The notes: generated by a model from the sequence alone, not told the origin. A stretch of 64,000 nucleotides of DNA from Clostridia bacterium (GCA_018434325.1 JAHDPO010000006.1:31668-95667), one strand, 5' to 3'. Numbered from the stretch's first letter, positions 1 through 9,469 are shown. Numbers and translations are program-made.

Positions 1-59
1 AGACTTTCTAAAAAGATATTTGACTAAGCAGAATGAAAGCATATCATTTTTGCATTTAC

Positions 60-95
60 AGAACATCTCGCGGTTCGGGATGTTCTTATTTTTTT
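60..95 (+). terminator. Rho-independent terminator of a plus-strand gene ending upstream of the window
   Basis: Stem agaacatc / gatgttct with an 11-nt loop, followed by ttattttttt. Confidence 0.55.
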
Positions 96-171
96 CGTCA
101 TTTACCGATAAGCAAACTCTCTGCCAAAAACAACATCAAGATATCAAAATGCTAAAAGCACCGGAAAGCAT

Positions 172-1071
172 TCAGACAGCGCCCTGATCCCAACTGACCA
201 GCAGGGCATACATGTCCTTGGCTGCCAAGCCGGTTTCGCAAGCCAGCCGTCTGCTGGCTTCTTTTTTGCTCAAGCCCTGGGCCAGCAAGCTTCTGCCTAA
301 GGATTCCAACTCCTTGCCCGCAAGGCCATCCTCCTTTACCTTATGGTAACCTTCCAGGATCACTACGATTTCCCCTTTGACCTCCGCCGTCTGCTCCAGT
401 CTCCCGATCACATCCGGCAGGCTGCCGCGAATGAATTCTTCGTAGCGTTTCGTTAATTCCCTGGCCACGCAGCAATGCCGGTCGCCCCAAGCCGCCTGTA
501 AGAAGCTTAAAGTAGCAAGCAGCCGTTTGGGGCTTTCATAAAAAATCAAGGTGCCGGGAAAGCTGCCGAAATCACTGAGCCAAGCCTTTCTGACCTTGTT
601 TTCTCTCGGAAAAAAGCCGCCGAAGGCAAAGGCGTCGGTATCGAGGCCGGAAGCCACCAAAGCCGTCAATCCCGCCGAGGGTCCCGGCGCCACCGTTAGG
701 CTGATGCCGGCTGCCGCTGCCTGCCGGATCAATCTGGCTCCGGGGTCCGATATGCCGGGCATGCCGGCGTCGCTGACCAAAGCCACGGTCTTGCCCTCCT
801 GCAAAAGCTCCAGCAGACGCTTGCTCTGCTTTTCTTCATTATGGGCAAAGCAACTTACCAGAGGCTTCTTGAGGCCATATGCCTGCAAAAGCAATCCGGT
901 GCGCCTGGTATCCTCGGCGGCTATCAGGTCCACGCTGCCCAAAATACGCAAGGCCCGCAAGGTGATATCCTCCAGATTGCCGATGGGAGTCGCCACAATA
1001 TATAAAGTCCCCGGCAATAAAGCTGCCGGCTCTTTGCTTTTTGGCAATTGAAAGACCTGTGTCTCACTCAT
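172..1071 (-). CDS. rsmI: 16S rRNA (cytidine1402-2'-O)-methyltransferase RsmI
   Basis: Motifs [23 protein letters not shown] and [12 protein letters not shown]. Start moved to Met11 of the track ORF (MSETQ...), where ATG overlaps the yabA stop (ATGA). Position after yabA matches Bacillus synteny. Confidence 0.9.
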   Translation of the reverse strand: MSETQVFQLPKSKEPAALLPGTLYIVATPIGNLEDITLRALRILGSVDLIAAEDTRRTGLLLQAYGLKKPLVSCFAHNEEKQSKRLLELLQEGKTVALVSDAGMPGISDPGARLIRQAAAAGISLTVAPGPSAGLTALVASGLDTDAFAFGGFFPRENKVRKAWLSDFGSFPGTLIFYESPKRLLATLSFLQAAWGDRHCCVARELTKRYEEFIRGSLPDVIGRLEQTAEVKGEIVVILEGYHKVKEDGLAGKELESLGRSLLAQGLSKKEASRRLACETGLAAKDMYALLVSWDQGAV

Positions 1072-1370
1072 TTGCCTAAGAACCCCCGGCAAAACAAGCA
1101 CTCACCTTTTCTTTCCTGGCCAAAAAACAGGTGGCAGATGTGAAAACCCTCCTGATACAGCTTTTCCAGATTATCTTGCGCAGTTTGTTGGATTTTTAAT
1201 CCATTGGCGGACATTTGTTGAAAATCGCCATCCCCCATCTGGCAAAGCTGCCGCCGCAGCCTTTGGTTTTCCTCTTCCAAAAGCCGGGCTTCCTGCTTGG
1301 CCTGCTGAATCTCTTCCTGCAAAAGCCGCTGGCTTTTTTCGATGCGGGAAAGCCTTTCGCTCAGGCTCAT
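1068..1370 (-). CDS. yabA: DNA replication initiation control protein YabA
   Basis: Internal Met of track ORF 1068..1547 (MSLSERL...). Coiled-coil N-terminus and C-terminal [14 protein letters not shown]...CLFC zinc motif typical of YabA. ATGA overlap with the yaaT stop. Confidence 0.85.
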   Translation of the reverse strand: MSLSERLSRIEKSQRLLQEEIQQAKQEARLLEEENQRLRRQLCQMGDGDFQQMSANGLKIQQTAQDNLEKLYQEGFHICHLFFGQERKGECLFCRGFLGK

Positions 1371-2185
1371 TTGTCTTGCTCCTCGTCTTTGTCTATAACC
1401 TGTACCATAATCTCCTCCAGCTCCGGATAATCCGCCAGGTCGGCTTCCGTCAAGTAGCCTTCCTTCAACAGCTCTTCTGCCAGCTCCTTTTCCGAAGGAT
1501 CCTTTTCTTTTTCCTGATTTTTGGGGCAGCGGCCTTTCTTGCTGCATTCATAACCATAGCTCTCATATTTTAAGCAGCACATTAAGCGGCCGCAGATACC
1601 CGATATTTTGCTGGGATTAAGGGAAAGGTTTTGCTCCTTGGCCATGCGGATAGATACAGGCTCAAAATCGCTGAGAAAAGACGCGCAGCAAAGCTCCCGG
1701 CCGCAAGAACCCAAACCTCCCAGCATTTTCGCTTCATCCCGTACCCCGATCTGGCGCAGCTCGATTCTGGTTTTAAATATAGCCGCCAGATCCTTGACCA
1801 GTTCCCGGAAATCCACCCGGCCTTCGGCCGTAAAATAAAACAGGACTTTGCTGCCGTCAAAGGAATACTCTACTCCAACCAGTTTCATAGGCAGCTGGCG
1901 CTGGACGATTTTTTCCAGGCATAAAGCCCTGGCCTGTTCTTCCTTTTCCTGCGCCGCCAGCATTTTTTCCCGGTCTTCCACCGTAGCCAGCCGGATCACC
2001 TTGCGCAGCGGCTGCACTACTTTTTTTGCCTCTACCTGGCGGTTGCCGAGAACGGCTTTGCCATATTCGAGGCCCCTGGCCGTTTCCACCACAACATCGG
2101 TGCCGGCAGGAATTGTAAGCCCTATGGGATCAAAATAATATATTTTTCCCGATGATTTAAATCTGACGCCAACCACTTCAATCAA
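1367..2185 (-). CDS. yaaT: PSP1-domain protein (stage 0 sporulation protein YaaT / RicT)
   Basis: [16 protein letters not shown]..., [33 protein letters not shown] and cysteine cluster SCGRELCC...[11 protein letters not shown]. Sits between holB and yabA as in Bacillus. Confidence 0.9.
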   Translation of the reverse strand: MIEVVGVRFKSSGKIYYFDPIGLTIPAGTDVVVETARGLEYGKAVLGNRQVEAKKVVQPLRKVIRLATVEDREKMLAAQEKEEQARALCLEKIVQRQLPMKLVGVEYSFDGSKVLFYFTAEGRVDFRELVKDLAAIFKTRIELRQIGVRDEAKMLGGLGSCGRELCCASFLSDFEPVSIRMAKEQNLSLNPSKISGICGRLMCCLKYESYGYECSKKGRCPKNQEKEKDPSEKELAEELLKEGYLTEADLADYPELEEIMVQVIDKDEEQDK

Positions 2186-2189
2186 GGGT

Positions 2190-3065
2190 TCAGCCTCCTT
2201 CTGTCACTCTAATATTCAGCTTGTTTATCTTAAGAAATAAATTTTCCAAAATTAATAAGGCATTCACATTGCGCTCCAAAAAATAGCCCGCCTGCCAAAC
2301 CTCTTCCAAAGCAGTCAGAAGCTTGCGCCCATCGGCGGCAAGGCCTGCCGGCAGGTTTTCTGCCAAACCCGCGGCGGCAGCCCCGGGGCTCAAATGGCTG
2401 ACCAGGCTTTCCCGCAATAAAAACTCCAAGGCGGCCAAAAATTCCGGCAGCCTTTTTTTGCGGCTGCCTTCCACGAAAGCAGCTTTATCAAACACGGCAT
2501 AATAGCCCTGGCTTTCCAGGGCTCTCACTACATCCAGGACCAGGTCTAATTCCGTCTGAGCAGGCGGAAGCTGCCGGCTGCCAAAATCAATCAGCTGGCA
2601 ACGGGAGCGAACTGTCGGCAGCAAATCCTGGGGCCTGTCCGTCAAAAGCAGCAGAATCGTATCCTCCGGCGGCTCCTCCAGGGTTTTCAGCAGGCAGTTT
2701 TGACTTTCTTCCCTCATCCGGTGGGCGTCCAGCAAAGCCGCCACCTTAACCTGACCGGCCGGCGCTTTGCCCGCCAGCTTAACCTGCAGCTCCCGGATCT
2801 GGCGGATCTGAATCAGACCAGCCGCTCCCTGGGGAGCGATCGTCAGCCAGTAAGGGAAAACAGCCGATTTAATTTGACGGCAGTGGTCACAGCTGCCGCA
2901 AGGCCTGGAGCTTGTCTCCTCCTCCAGGCAATTCAAAAATGCCGCCAGGCTCTCGGCTTCCTCGAGAAGAACCTGGGGATTATTCCCTTTAAATATCAAA
3001 GCATGGCTTATCTTTTGCCTGCCGGCCAGGCCCAAGTCCCGGACGGCTAAAGAAACTGGGGACAT
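2190..3065 (-). CDS. holB: DNA polymerase III delta' subunit
   Basis: HALIF-G...G, zinc module CGSCDHCRQI, LKTLEEPP and SRCQ motifs. Position next to yaaT. Confidence 0.85.
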   Translation of the reverse strand: MSPVSLAVRDLGLAGRQKISHALIFKGNNPQVLLEEAESLAAFLNCLEEETSSRPCGSCDHCRQIKSAVFPYWLTIAPQGAAGLIQIRQIRELQVKLAGKAPAGQVKVAALLDAHRMREESQNCLLKTLEEPPEDTILLLLTDRPQDLLPTVRSRCQLIDFGSRQLPPAQTELDLVLDVVRALESQGYYAVFDKAAFVEGSRKKRLPEFLAALEFLLRESLVSHLSPGAAAAGLAENLPAGLAADGRKLLTALEEVWQAGYFLERNVNALLILENLFLKINKLNIRVTEGG

Positions 3066-3073
3066 TGCTTCTC

Positions 3074-3400
3074 CTAAATCTTATAATTCTCCAGCACATC
3101 CAAGACAAATACGGTGGCGCCGCCCATCCTGACCATAACATCCACGGGGATAATACTTTCCTCGGCAGCCAGCATAGGGGTCATGGGCACCATTTGCTTG
3201 CGGGGCTTGCAAACCCGCCGGATCACCTGAAGCACTTCTTCTTTCTTTTCGTCATCGACGCCAATTAATAAAGTGGTATTGCCCCGGCGCAAAAAACCAC
3301 CGCTGCTGGCCAGCTTCGTAGCCTGAAACCCACCTTCCGACAAAGCGTCCAACAAAGCATGAATATCCATATCGTCAACGACACACATGACCAGTTTCAT
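3074..3400 (-). CDS. darA: PII-like cyclic-di-AMP receptor DarA (YaaQ/PstA family)
   Basis: 108 aa, MKLV.CVV.D.D...L...L.E.GF.ATKL.S.GGFLR.GN.TLLIGV pattern. Immediately upstream of holB as in Bacillus. Confidence 0.85.
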   Translation of the reverse strand: MKLVMCVVDDMDIHALLDALSEGGFQATKLASSGGFLRRGNTTLLIGVDDEKKEEVLQVIRRVCKPRKQMVPMTPMLAAEESIIPVDVMVRMGGATVFVLDVLENYKI

Positions 3401-3531
3401 TTTTCACGCCTCCTCTTTCTATAATATATCAATAATATCATACCACAATCACCTATTCCTTACCACAAAGTTTTTTGATACACTAAATAAGTGCCAAGAG
3501 TCAAAAGGAGCTGAGAAAGCGAAGGTGTGTT

Positions 3532-3993
3532 ATGAAAAAAATTGATGAAACCGACCAAAAAATACTGGATCTCCTTTGCGAAGACGCCAGAATGTCCTAC
3601 GCGGAGCTGGGACGGCGTCTGAATCTAACCAGGGTCACCGTCAGAGAACGGGTCAACGATTTAGTGGAATCAGGAGTCATTGAACGTTTCAGCATCATCA
3701 TCAATCCTGCCAAAGCCGGTTATCACTTGTCCGCTTTCTTTGAAATAGGCGTTCACCCCAGCAAACTTCACGAAGTAGCAAAAACTCTGGCCGGCAATAA
3801 GTTTGTCCAAAGCGTCAATCAAATGACAGGCCCCAACACCCTTCACGTCCATGCCAGCTTATACGACAACAATCATCTCCAGGATTTTATGAAAGACGCT
3901 ATTTATAATTTGCCCGGTATTAACAATGTTAACAGTTATGTGTTGCTGCGGGGTTTCAAAGTTAAGCGTGGCGGCGTGAAAATTGGCAATTGA
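3532..3993 (+). CDS. Lrp/AsnC-family transcriptional regulator
   Basis: 153 aa. N-terminal HTH (DQKILDLLCEDARMSYAELGRRLNLTRVTVRERVNDLVESGVI) plus C-terminal RAM-like domain. Confidence 0.85.
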   Translation: MKKIDETDQKILDLLCEDARMSYAELGRRLNLTRVTVRERVNDLVESGVIERFSIIINPAKAGYHLSAFFEIGVHPSKLHEVAKTLAGNKFVQSVNQMTGPNTLHVHASLYDNNHLQDFMKDAIYNLPGINNVNSYVLLRGFKVKRGGVKIGN

Positions 3994-4005
3994 CTGAATA
4001 TCGCC

Positions 4006-4056
4006 TTACATTGTAAACAAAAAATTTTTAACCACCGGAAAGTCCGTACATTGTAA
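4006..4056 (+). promoter_or_regulatory. Two copies of a TACATTGTAA palindrome, candidate operator pair upstream of the UbiD operon
   Basis: ccTTACATTGTAAac at 4006-4016 (perfect palindrome TTACA-T-TGTAA) and ccGTACATTGTAAtc at 4046-4056, 40 bp apart. A TATACT -10-like hexamer lies at 4081-4086. Confidence 0.45.
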
Positions 4057-4182
4057 TCTTCTTTTCTTTTTCCTATTTGCTATACTGGTCACAGTGCAGA
4101 CTGCATAGCATAGAAAAAGGAAACACGATGCGGGCCCGTCGGTGGTTATTTTTCTTTAAAAGATGTAAGGAGGAGATGGCTT

Positions 4183-5589
4183 GTGCCAAAAGATTTGCGT
4201 TACTTTCTAGACAAGATGCAAAAGGAGATGCCGGAGGACCTGATCACCGTCAACAAAGAAATAGATCCTAAATTTGAGATCGTTGCTATTCAGCAAAAAT
4301 TGGAGGATCAAAACCGTTATCCCTTACTTTTGTTTGAGAACGTCAAAGACAATTACGGCCAGCCCAGCGGCTTTCGCCTGGCCACCAATGTCTTTGCCAA
4401 CCGGGCCCATTGCGCCCTGGCTCTGGAAATGCCCAAAGATAAATGGCAAATGGACACCAGCCTGCAATATTCCCGGCTGGCTCATCAGCCGATCAAGCCC
4501 GTTGTGGTAGACCGGGCCGAGGCCCCTTGCAAAGAAGTGATCATCACCGGCGACGATGTGGATATGTATAAGCTGCCGGTATTGACTCATCATGAAATGG
4601 ACGGTCTGCCCTATTTGCCGGATGTGGTGGTAGCCGCCGACCCCGATACCGGCGTTTATAATACCTCTCATCACCGGATGATCATTGCCGGCAAAAACGA
4701 TTCCCGGATCTGGATGAGCCCCCGCCATCTTTGGAATTATTTTATGAGAGCCCAGGAAAAGGGCCAGCCCTTGCCTATCGCCCACGTTTTAGGCCATCAT
4801 CCCTGTTTCTACCTGGGTTCTGAGTCCATATTGCCCATGCAGAGCGATGAGTACGCAACCATCGGCGGACTCCTTCAGGAGCCCCTGCGGCTGGTGCCCT
4901 CGGAAACTTACGGCGATAAGCTGATGGTGCCGGCAGATGCGGAGATCATTGTGGAAGGCGAGATTTTGCCAAACCTGCGGGAACCGGAAGGCCCCTTCGG
5001 TGAATTTACCGGCTATTACGGCCCTCAGCGCTGGTCTCCCGTGGTGAAAATCAAGGCCATCACCCATCGTAAAAACCCCATCTATTTGAATGTCCTTTGC
5101 GGTCATCCCGACACCTCTATTGTGGGCGGCATTGCCAAGGAGGCCTGTCTTTATGAAGAGTTGAAGCGCACCATGCCCGGTATCCAAGCCGTTCATCTGC
5201 CAATTTCCGGCTGCTGCCGTTTCCATGCTTATATTTCAATCAAGCAGCGCTTTAATGGCGAAGCCAAAATGGCCGGTCTGGCCGCTCTGCCTCATCACGA
5301 TATCGTGAAGCATATCGTAGTGGTCGACGAGGATATCGATCCCTTCAATGAAAAGGAGGTTTTGTGGGCCCTGGCCACCCGGGTTCAGGCCGATAAGGAT
5401 GTGACGATTATCCCCCATTGCCGGGGCGGCTTGCTGGATCCCTCTTGTACGATTGAAGGCATCGGCGCTAAAATGATCATTGACGCTACCAAACCGATGA
5501 CCCGTCCCTATGAAGAAAAAATCAGCGTGCCTAAAGAAGTTATGGATCGTATCCACTTAAAAGACTTTCTGGGAAAGGACTGGTGTTAA
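4183..5589 (+). CDS. UbiD-family prenyl-FMN-dependent (de)carboxylase
   Basis: 468 aa, GTG start 8 nt after AAGGAGG. UbiD signature EGPFGEFTGYY and overall UbiD-like layout. UbiX is encoded in the same block. Confidence 0.85.
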   Translation: MPKDLRYFLDKMQKEMPEDLITVNKEIDPKFEIVAIQQKLEDQNRYPLLLFENVKDNYGQPSGFRLATNVFANRAHCALALEMPKDKWQMDTSLQYSRLAHQPIKPVVVDRAEAPCKEVIITGDDVDMYKLPVLTHHEMDGLPYLPDVVVAADPDTGVYNTSHHRMIIAGKNDSRIWMSPRHLWNYFMRAQEKGQPLPIAHVLGHHPCFYLGSESILPMQSDEYATIGGLLQEPLRLVPSETYGDKLMVPADAEIIVEGEILPNLREPEGPFGEFTGYYGPQRWSPVVKIKAITHRKNPIYLNVLCGHPDTSIVGGIAKEACLYEELKRTMPGIQAVHLPISGCCRFHAYISIKQRFNGEAKMAGLAALPHHDIVKHIVVVDEDIDPFNEKEVLWALATRVQADKDVTIIPHCRGGLLDPSCTIEGIGAKMIIDATKPMTRPYEEKISVPKEVMDRIHLKDFLGKDWC

Positions 5590-5591
5590 TT

Positions 5592-5747
5592 ATGTCAAAA
5601 ATCTTTTGGATTGCCTGTCCTCAATGCAAAAAAAAGTTTTATGCCGCTGTTGATGATTATCGTCACAAAGATCGAAAAATGATGTGTCCTTTCTGTCAGG
5701 CCCGCTTCCTGGATGAAGAGGCTGACGAGATCGTGGATTCGGATTGA
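5592..5747 (+). CDS. Unannotated 51-aa zinc-ribbon protein, possible small subunit of the UbiD enzyme
   Basis: My translation: MSKIFWIACPQCKKKFYAAVDDYRHKDRKMMCPFCQARFLDEEADEIVDSD. It has CxxC...CxxC. The ATG lies 2 nt after the UbiD stop codon and the ORF ends 22 nt before the TRAP permease start. It is below the 60-aa cutoff of the ORF track. Confidence 0.55.
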   Translation: MSKIFWIACPQCKKKFYAAVDDYRHKDRKMMCPFCQARFLDEEADEIVDSD

Positions 5748-5769
5748 CCGTCGTCAGAAAGGAGTTCCC

Positions 5770-7686
5770 ATGTCTGAAAGCAGTGGATTTTTCTCTTCTT
5801 ATATCATGGGTGAAGGGGAGAAGCGCAAGCTTCCCCCGTTATATGCCAATATTGTTAAATGGGTTGCTATCGCTACTACTATTTATAATATGTGGACAGT
5901 ATTCGGCTACCCCGATCTCGTTTTGCACCGGGGCGTCAGCGTCGGCATATTTTTCTCGCTTGCCTTCATGACTTATACGATGCCGGGAACGAAAACCAAA
6001 AAATATATCCCCTGGTACGATTGGATTTTTGTTATTTTATCCATAGCCGTAGCCGTTTATATTGCCGTAAACCTCAACCGGCTCGTTACCCGCTACCCCT
6101 TTGCCTCGCCGGTGACGCCCCTCGATATGTTTTTCGGCATCGTCACTATAATCCTGATGCTGGAGGGTTCCCGCCGGATCATCGGGCCTTGGCTGTCCAT
6201 ACTTTCGATCCTTACCATTGCCTACGCTTTGCTGGGCCAATACATTCCCGGCATGTTCGGCCACCGGGGCTTTACCTGGAAAGCTGTTGTCGATGAGCTC
6301 TTTCTGACTACCGACGGCATCTTCGGCTCGGCTCTGGGCATCGCTTCCACTTATATCATTATGTTTATCATTTTCGGGGCTTTTCTCACCAATTCCGGCG
6401 CCGGCGATTTTCTCTTTGACTTTGCCGCCGCCATTGCCGGCGGTCAAAAGGGCGGCTTGGCCAAAGTAGCCATTATCGCCTCGGGACTCTTTGGCATGAT
6501 CAACGGCAGCCCCGTAGCCAACGTTTCCAGCATGGGTGTCATCACTATCCCCATGATGAAAAAAGTCGGCTATCAAAAGGATTTTGCAGCGGCCCTGGAA
6601 TGCTCAGCCTCCACCGGCGGCACCATCATGCCTCCCGTTATGGGCTCGGTAGCCTTTATTATGGCGGAGGTTATCGGCGTGCCTTATATTAAGGTAGCGG
6701 CTGCGGCAGCATTGCCGGCAGTACTCTATTATGCCGCCATCTATTTTGCCATCGATTTCCGCTCCGGCAAGCTGGGAATGCAGGGCATGTCCAAAGAGGA
6801 AGTCCCCCCGCTGATGAAAACCATTATAAAAGGCGGCGTCTTTTTCCTGCCCTTGATTTTCCTGGTGTTCAGGCTGCTGGGCGGTCTAAGCCCTTCCAGG
6901 GTGGGCTTTGAGACAGCAATCGTTATTCTGGTTGTAAGCTGCATCCGTAAAGATACCAGGATGAATCTGGATAAGCTGCTGAAAGCCTTTATGGAAGGTA
7001 CCACCGGCGGTATTTTAGTTGTGGTGACCATGGCCGCCTCCGGCATCATGATCGGCATTATCAACCTGACCGGCATCGGCACCAAATTCAGCTCCTTCTT
7101 AATGTCCATGGCAGGCAAAAGCACGATTATCACATTGATCTTTACTATGCTGCTGGCCATCCTTTTAGGCCTGGCCATGAACATCACCCCCGCCTATTTG
7201 CTGACCGCCGTAGTAGCCGGCCCTGTTTTGCAGGGAATGGGGATTCCGGCCATGGCTGCCCACATGTTCATTCTTTTTTATGCCGCCATGGCAACGATGA
7301 CTCCGCCGGTAGCCTCGGCAGCTTTTGCCGCCGCCGGCATCGCCGAAGCAGAGCCCATGCGGGTAGGTTTTGTCGCTATGCGAATAGCCATGGTGGCTTA
7401 CCTGATGCCTTTTATCTTCATCTATCAGCAAGGCCTCCTCTTGGCCGCGCCCCTGTGGCAGATCATTCTGTCCCTGATTTCCGGCCTTTTGGCCACGGCC
7501 TTGATCGCCATGAGTACAGAAGGCTGGTTCCGCAAGGACCTGAATCGGCCTCAAAGGAGTATGCTTTTTATCGCAGGCCTGGCGGCGTTGCCCGGAAATG
7601 CCTTCGCCACCATAGCAGCCTTAGTTTTAGCCGCCCTCGCTCTTATGTTAAAACCCAAACAAAACGGCGCCCAGATCAATGCTTAA
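5770..7686 (+). CDS. TRAP transporter fused permease (TAXI type)
   Basis: About 638 aa, polytopic and very hydrophobic. Start moved to MSESSGFF (GAAAGGAG upstream). Followed by a TAXI-type binding protein. Confidence 0.85.
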   Translation: MSESSGFFSSYIMGEGEKRKLPPLYANIVKWVAIATTIYNMWTVFGYPDLVLHRGVSVGIFFSLAFMTYTMPGTKTKKYIPWYDWIFVILSIAVAVYIAVNLNRLVTRYPFASPVTPLDMFFGIVTIILMLEGSRRIIGPWLSILSILTIAYALLGQYIPGMFGHRGFTWKAVVDELFLTTDGIFGSALGIASTYIIMFIIFGAFLTNSGAGDFLFDFAAAIAGGQKGGLAKVAIIASGLFGMINGSPVANVSSMGVITIPMMKKVGYQKDFAAALECSASTGGTIMPPVMGSVAFIMAEVIGVPYIKVAAAAALPAVLYYAAIYFAIDFRSGKLGMQGMSKEEVPPLMKTIIKGGVFFLPLIFLVFRLLGGLSPSRVGFETAIVILVVSCIRKDTRMNLDKLLKAFMEGTTGGILVVVTMAASGIMIGIINLTGIGTKFSSFLMSMAGKSTIITLIFTMLLAILLGLAMNITPAYLLTAVVAGPVLQGMGIPAMAAHMFILFYAAMATMTPPVASAAFAAAGIAEAEPMRVGFVAMRIAMVAYLMPFIFIYQQGLLLAAPLWQIILSLISGLLATALIAMSTEGWFRKDLNRPQRSMLFIAGLAALPGNAFATIAALVLAALALMLKPKQNGAQINA

Positions 7687-7752
7687 AGGCATTTGCGCAG
7701 AGGCATCTGTATAAGATGTATCCTGGAAACACAAATTTAAGGAGGGCTTTTC

Positions 7753-8853
7753 ATGAAAAAACGTCCCGGTTCTATGGTCTTGCTATGTATGCTGCTGGTC
7801 TTCTCCCTGGCTGTTTTCGGAGGCTGCGGCTCCACGCCGGCTCCCTCGGCTCCCTCGGCTCCCTCCGCTCCCTCGGCTCCCGCCGCCTCCTCTACGCCGG
7901 CAGACACCGCCCCGGCTGCTCCCTCTGCAACGGATTTGGCCACTAATACGAACCCTCTTAACATCACCTTTGCCGGCAGCTCTCCCGGCGGCGTCTGGTA
8001 TATGGTCATGGGCGGCGTCACCGAAACCATCAACAAGAGCTTTCCCAAATCTTCCGTAACAGTCGTTCCCGGCGACGGCGTATCCAATCTGGTACGGGTG
8101 GCCGGCGGCGAGGCGGAAATCGGCATGAGTCACAGCGCAATTGCCGCCGCCGCCATAGTGGGCAACGACCCCTTTGATAAAGCCTACGAAAATGTAGCTA
8201 CAGTAGCCGCCTTGTATCCCAGCCATCTGCAATTTGTGGTGACGGAAAAATCCGGTATTACCTCTATCCGCCAAATCATGGAAAACAAAATGAAGGTTCG
8301 CCTTTCCGTAGACGCTCCCGGTTCTACCGGCGAGCTGGCCTTCAAGCGGATGATCAATGAATATGGCTTTACCTATGAGGATATCCAAAAATGGGGCGGC
8401 CAGGTAGTCTTCAAAAACATGGGCGACTCATCGGATATGCTTTCCGACGGCCTGCTGGATGGTATGAGCACCATGACTCTCTATCCCGCCTCGCCCATAG
8501 CCGAAGCCTCTATCAACAACAAATTGGTTCTGATGTCCATTGAGCCGGATATCGCCGCCAAGCTGGCCGAGAAATACGGCTACGGCACCTCTGTCATTCC
8601 CAAAAACACCTATCAGTTCCAGGCTGAGGAGGCCACATCCATATCCTCCTACACCGTAATCTGTGTTCCGAAAGACGCCAGTGAGGAAATTGCTTACAAG
8701 GTAGCCAAGTCCATCACGGAAAATTTAGATTATCTGAAATCCGTCCATGTGGCTATGGAAAGCCTGACCGCAGATCAGCTGGTTAAAAATTTAGGGGCGC
8801 CCCTGCATTCCGGCGCAGAGCTTTACTACAAAGAAAAAGGAATTTTGAAATAA
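7753..8853 (+). CDS. TAXI-family TRAP solute-binding lipoprotein
   Basis: Lipobox LAVFGG-C, Pro/Ala/Ser linker, then NITFAGSSPGGVWYMVMGGV...PGDGVSNL, typical of TAXI binding proteins. Confidence 0.85.
   Translation: MKKRPGSMVLLCMLLVFSLAVFGGCGSTPAPSAPSAPSAPSAPAASSTPADTAPAAPSATDLATNTNPLNITFAGSSPGGVWYMVMGGVTETINKSFPKSSVTVVPGDGVSNLVRVAGGEAEIGMSHSAIAAAAIVGNDPFDKAYENVATVAALYPSHLQFVVTEKSGITSIRQIMENKMKVRLSVDAPGSTGELAFKRMINEYGFTYEDIQKWGGQVVFKNMGDSSDMLSDGLLDGMSTMTLYPASPIAEASINNKLVLMSIEPDIAAKLAEKYGYGTSVIPKNTYQFQAEEATSISSYTVICVPKDASEEIAYKVAKSITENLDYLKSVHVAMESLTADQLVKNLGAPLHSGAELYYKEKGILK
7840..7884 (+). repeat. Five tandem 9-bp units (gctccctcg) encoding the (APS)n lipoprotein linker
   Basis: Units start at 7840, 7849, 7858, 7867 and 7876. 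They are in frame within the binding-protein gene. Confidence 0.8.
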
Positions 8854-8873
8854 TAGCGAAGGAGTCCCTTAAT

Positions 8874-9425
8874 ATGGGTATAGTTGTGGCCATTTCAGGT
8901 GCGTCAGGAGCTATTTATGGAATTCGGCTTTTGGAAGCCCTCAAGGAAGCCGGAAGGGAATCCCATCTGATTCTGTCTGATTGGGGCCAAAAAACCATCG
9001 AAATGGAAACGGATTATACGGTGGAGGAGGTCGTCGCCTTAGCTTCTTTCCATCACAGCCTTAACGATTTAGGGGCCTCCGTCTCCAGCGGCTCCTTCCG
9101 GCATCAGGGTATGGTCATTGCGCCTTGCAGCATGAAAACCTTAGCCGGCATCGCCCACGGCCTGGAGCTTAACCTGATTATCCGGGCCGCCAGCGTTACT
9201 CTTAAAGAGCAAAGAAAGCTGATCTTACTGCCCCGGGAAACACCGTTAACCAGCATCCACCTGGAAAACATGCTCACGCTGACCAGGCTGGGAGCGGTCA
9301 TGATGCCGCCGGTACCGGCTTTATACAACCGGCCGTCCAGTCTTGACCAGGTCGTTAACCATACGATAGCCCGGGTTTTTGATCATCTGGCTATTCCTAA
9401 TGAGCTGACCTCACGCTGGAGCTGA
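8874..9425 (+). CDS. ubiX: Flavin prenyltransferase UbiX (prenyl-FMN synthase)
   Basis: 183 aa. Motifs GIVVAISGASGAIYGIRLLEAL, MVIAPCSMKTLAGIA and RE.PL..IHLENM. Confidence 0.9.
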   Translation: MGIVVAISGASGAIYGIRLLEALKEAGRESHLILSDWGQKTIEMETDYTVEEVVALASFHHSLNDLGASVSSGSFRHQGMVIAPCSMKTLAGIAHGLELNLIIRAASVTLKEQRKLILLPRETPLTSIHLENMLTLTRLGAVMMPPVPALYNRPSSLDQVVNHTIARVFDHLAIPNELTSRWS

Positions 9426-9469
9426 TTAATTAATCTTTTTTTGCTCTCCCAAATCATTACCGATAAGCA

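Noticed and set aside
102-116. The 15-mer ttaccgataagcaaa is repeated at 102-116 and 9457-9471, both times next to a terminator hairpin.
   Set aside because: A single exact 15-mer match is about what chance gives in a 64-kb window counted on both strands. There is no extended similarity around it.
7840-7884. Short tandem repeats (7840-7884, 39086-39139, 39476-39531, 45300-45470) considered as possible CRISPR or other non-coding arrays.
   Set aside because: All are in frame inside long ORFs and encode low-complexity linkers (APS, DEAHHY, ATVAQxA, TGS). They have no spacers and no repeat-spacer periodicity.
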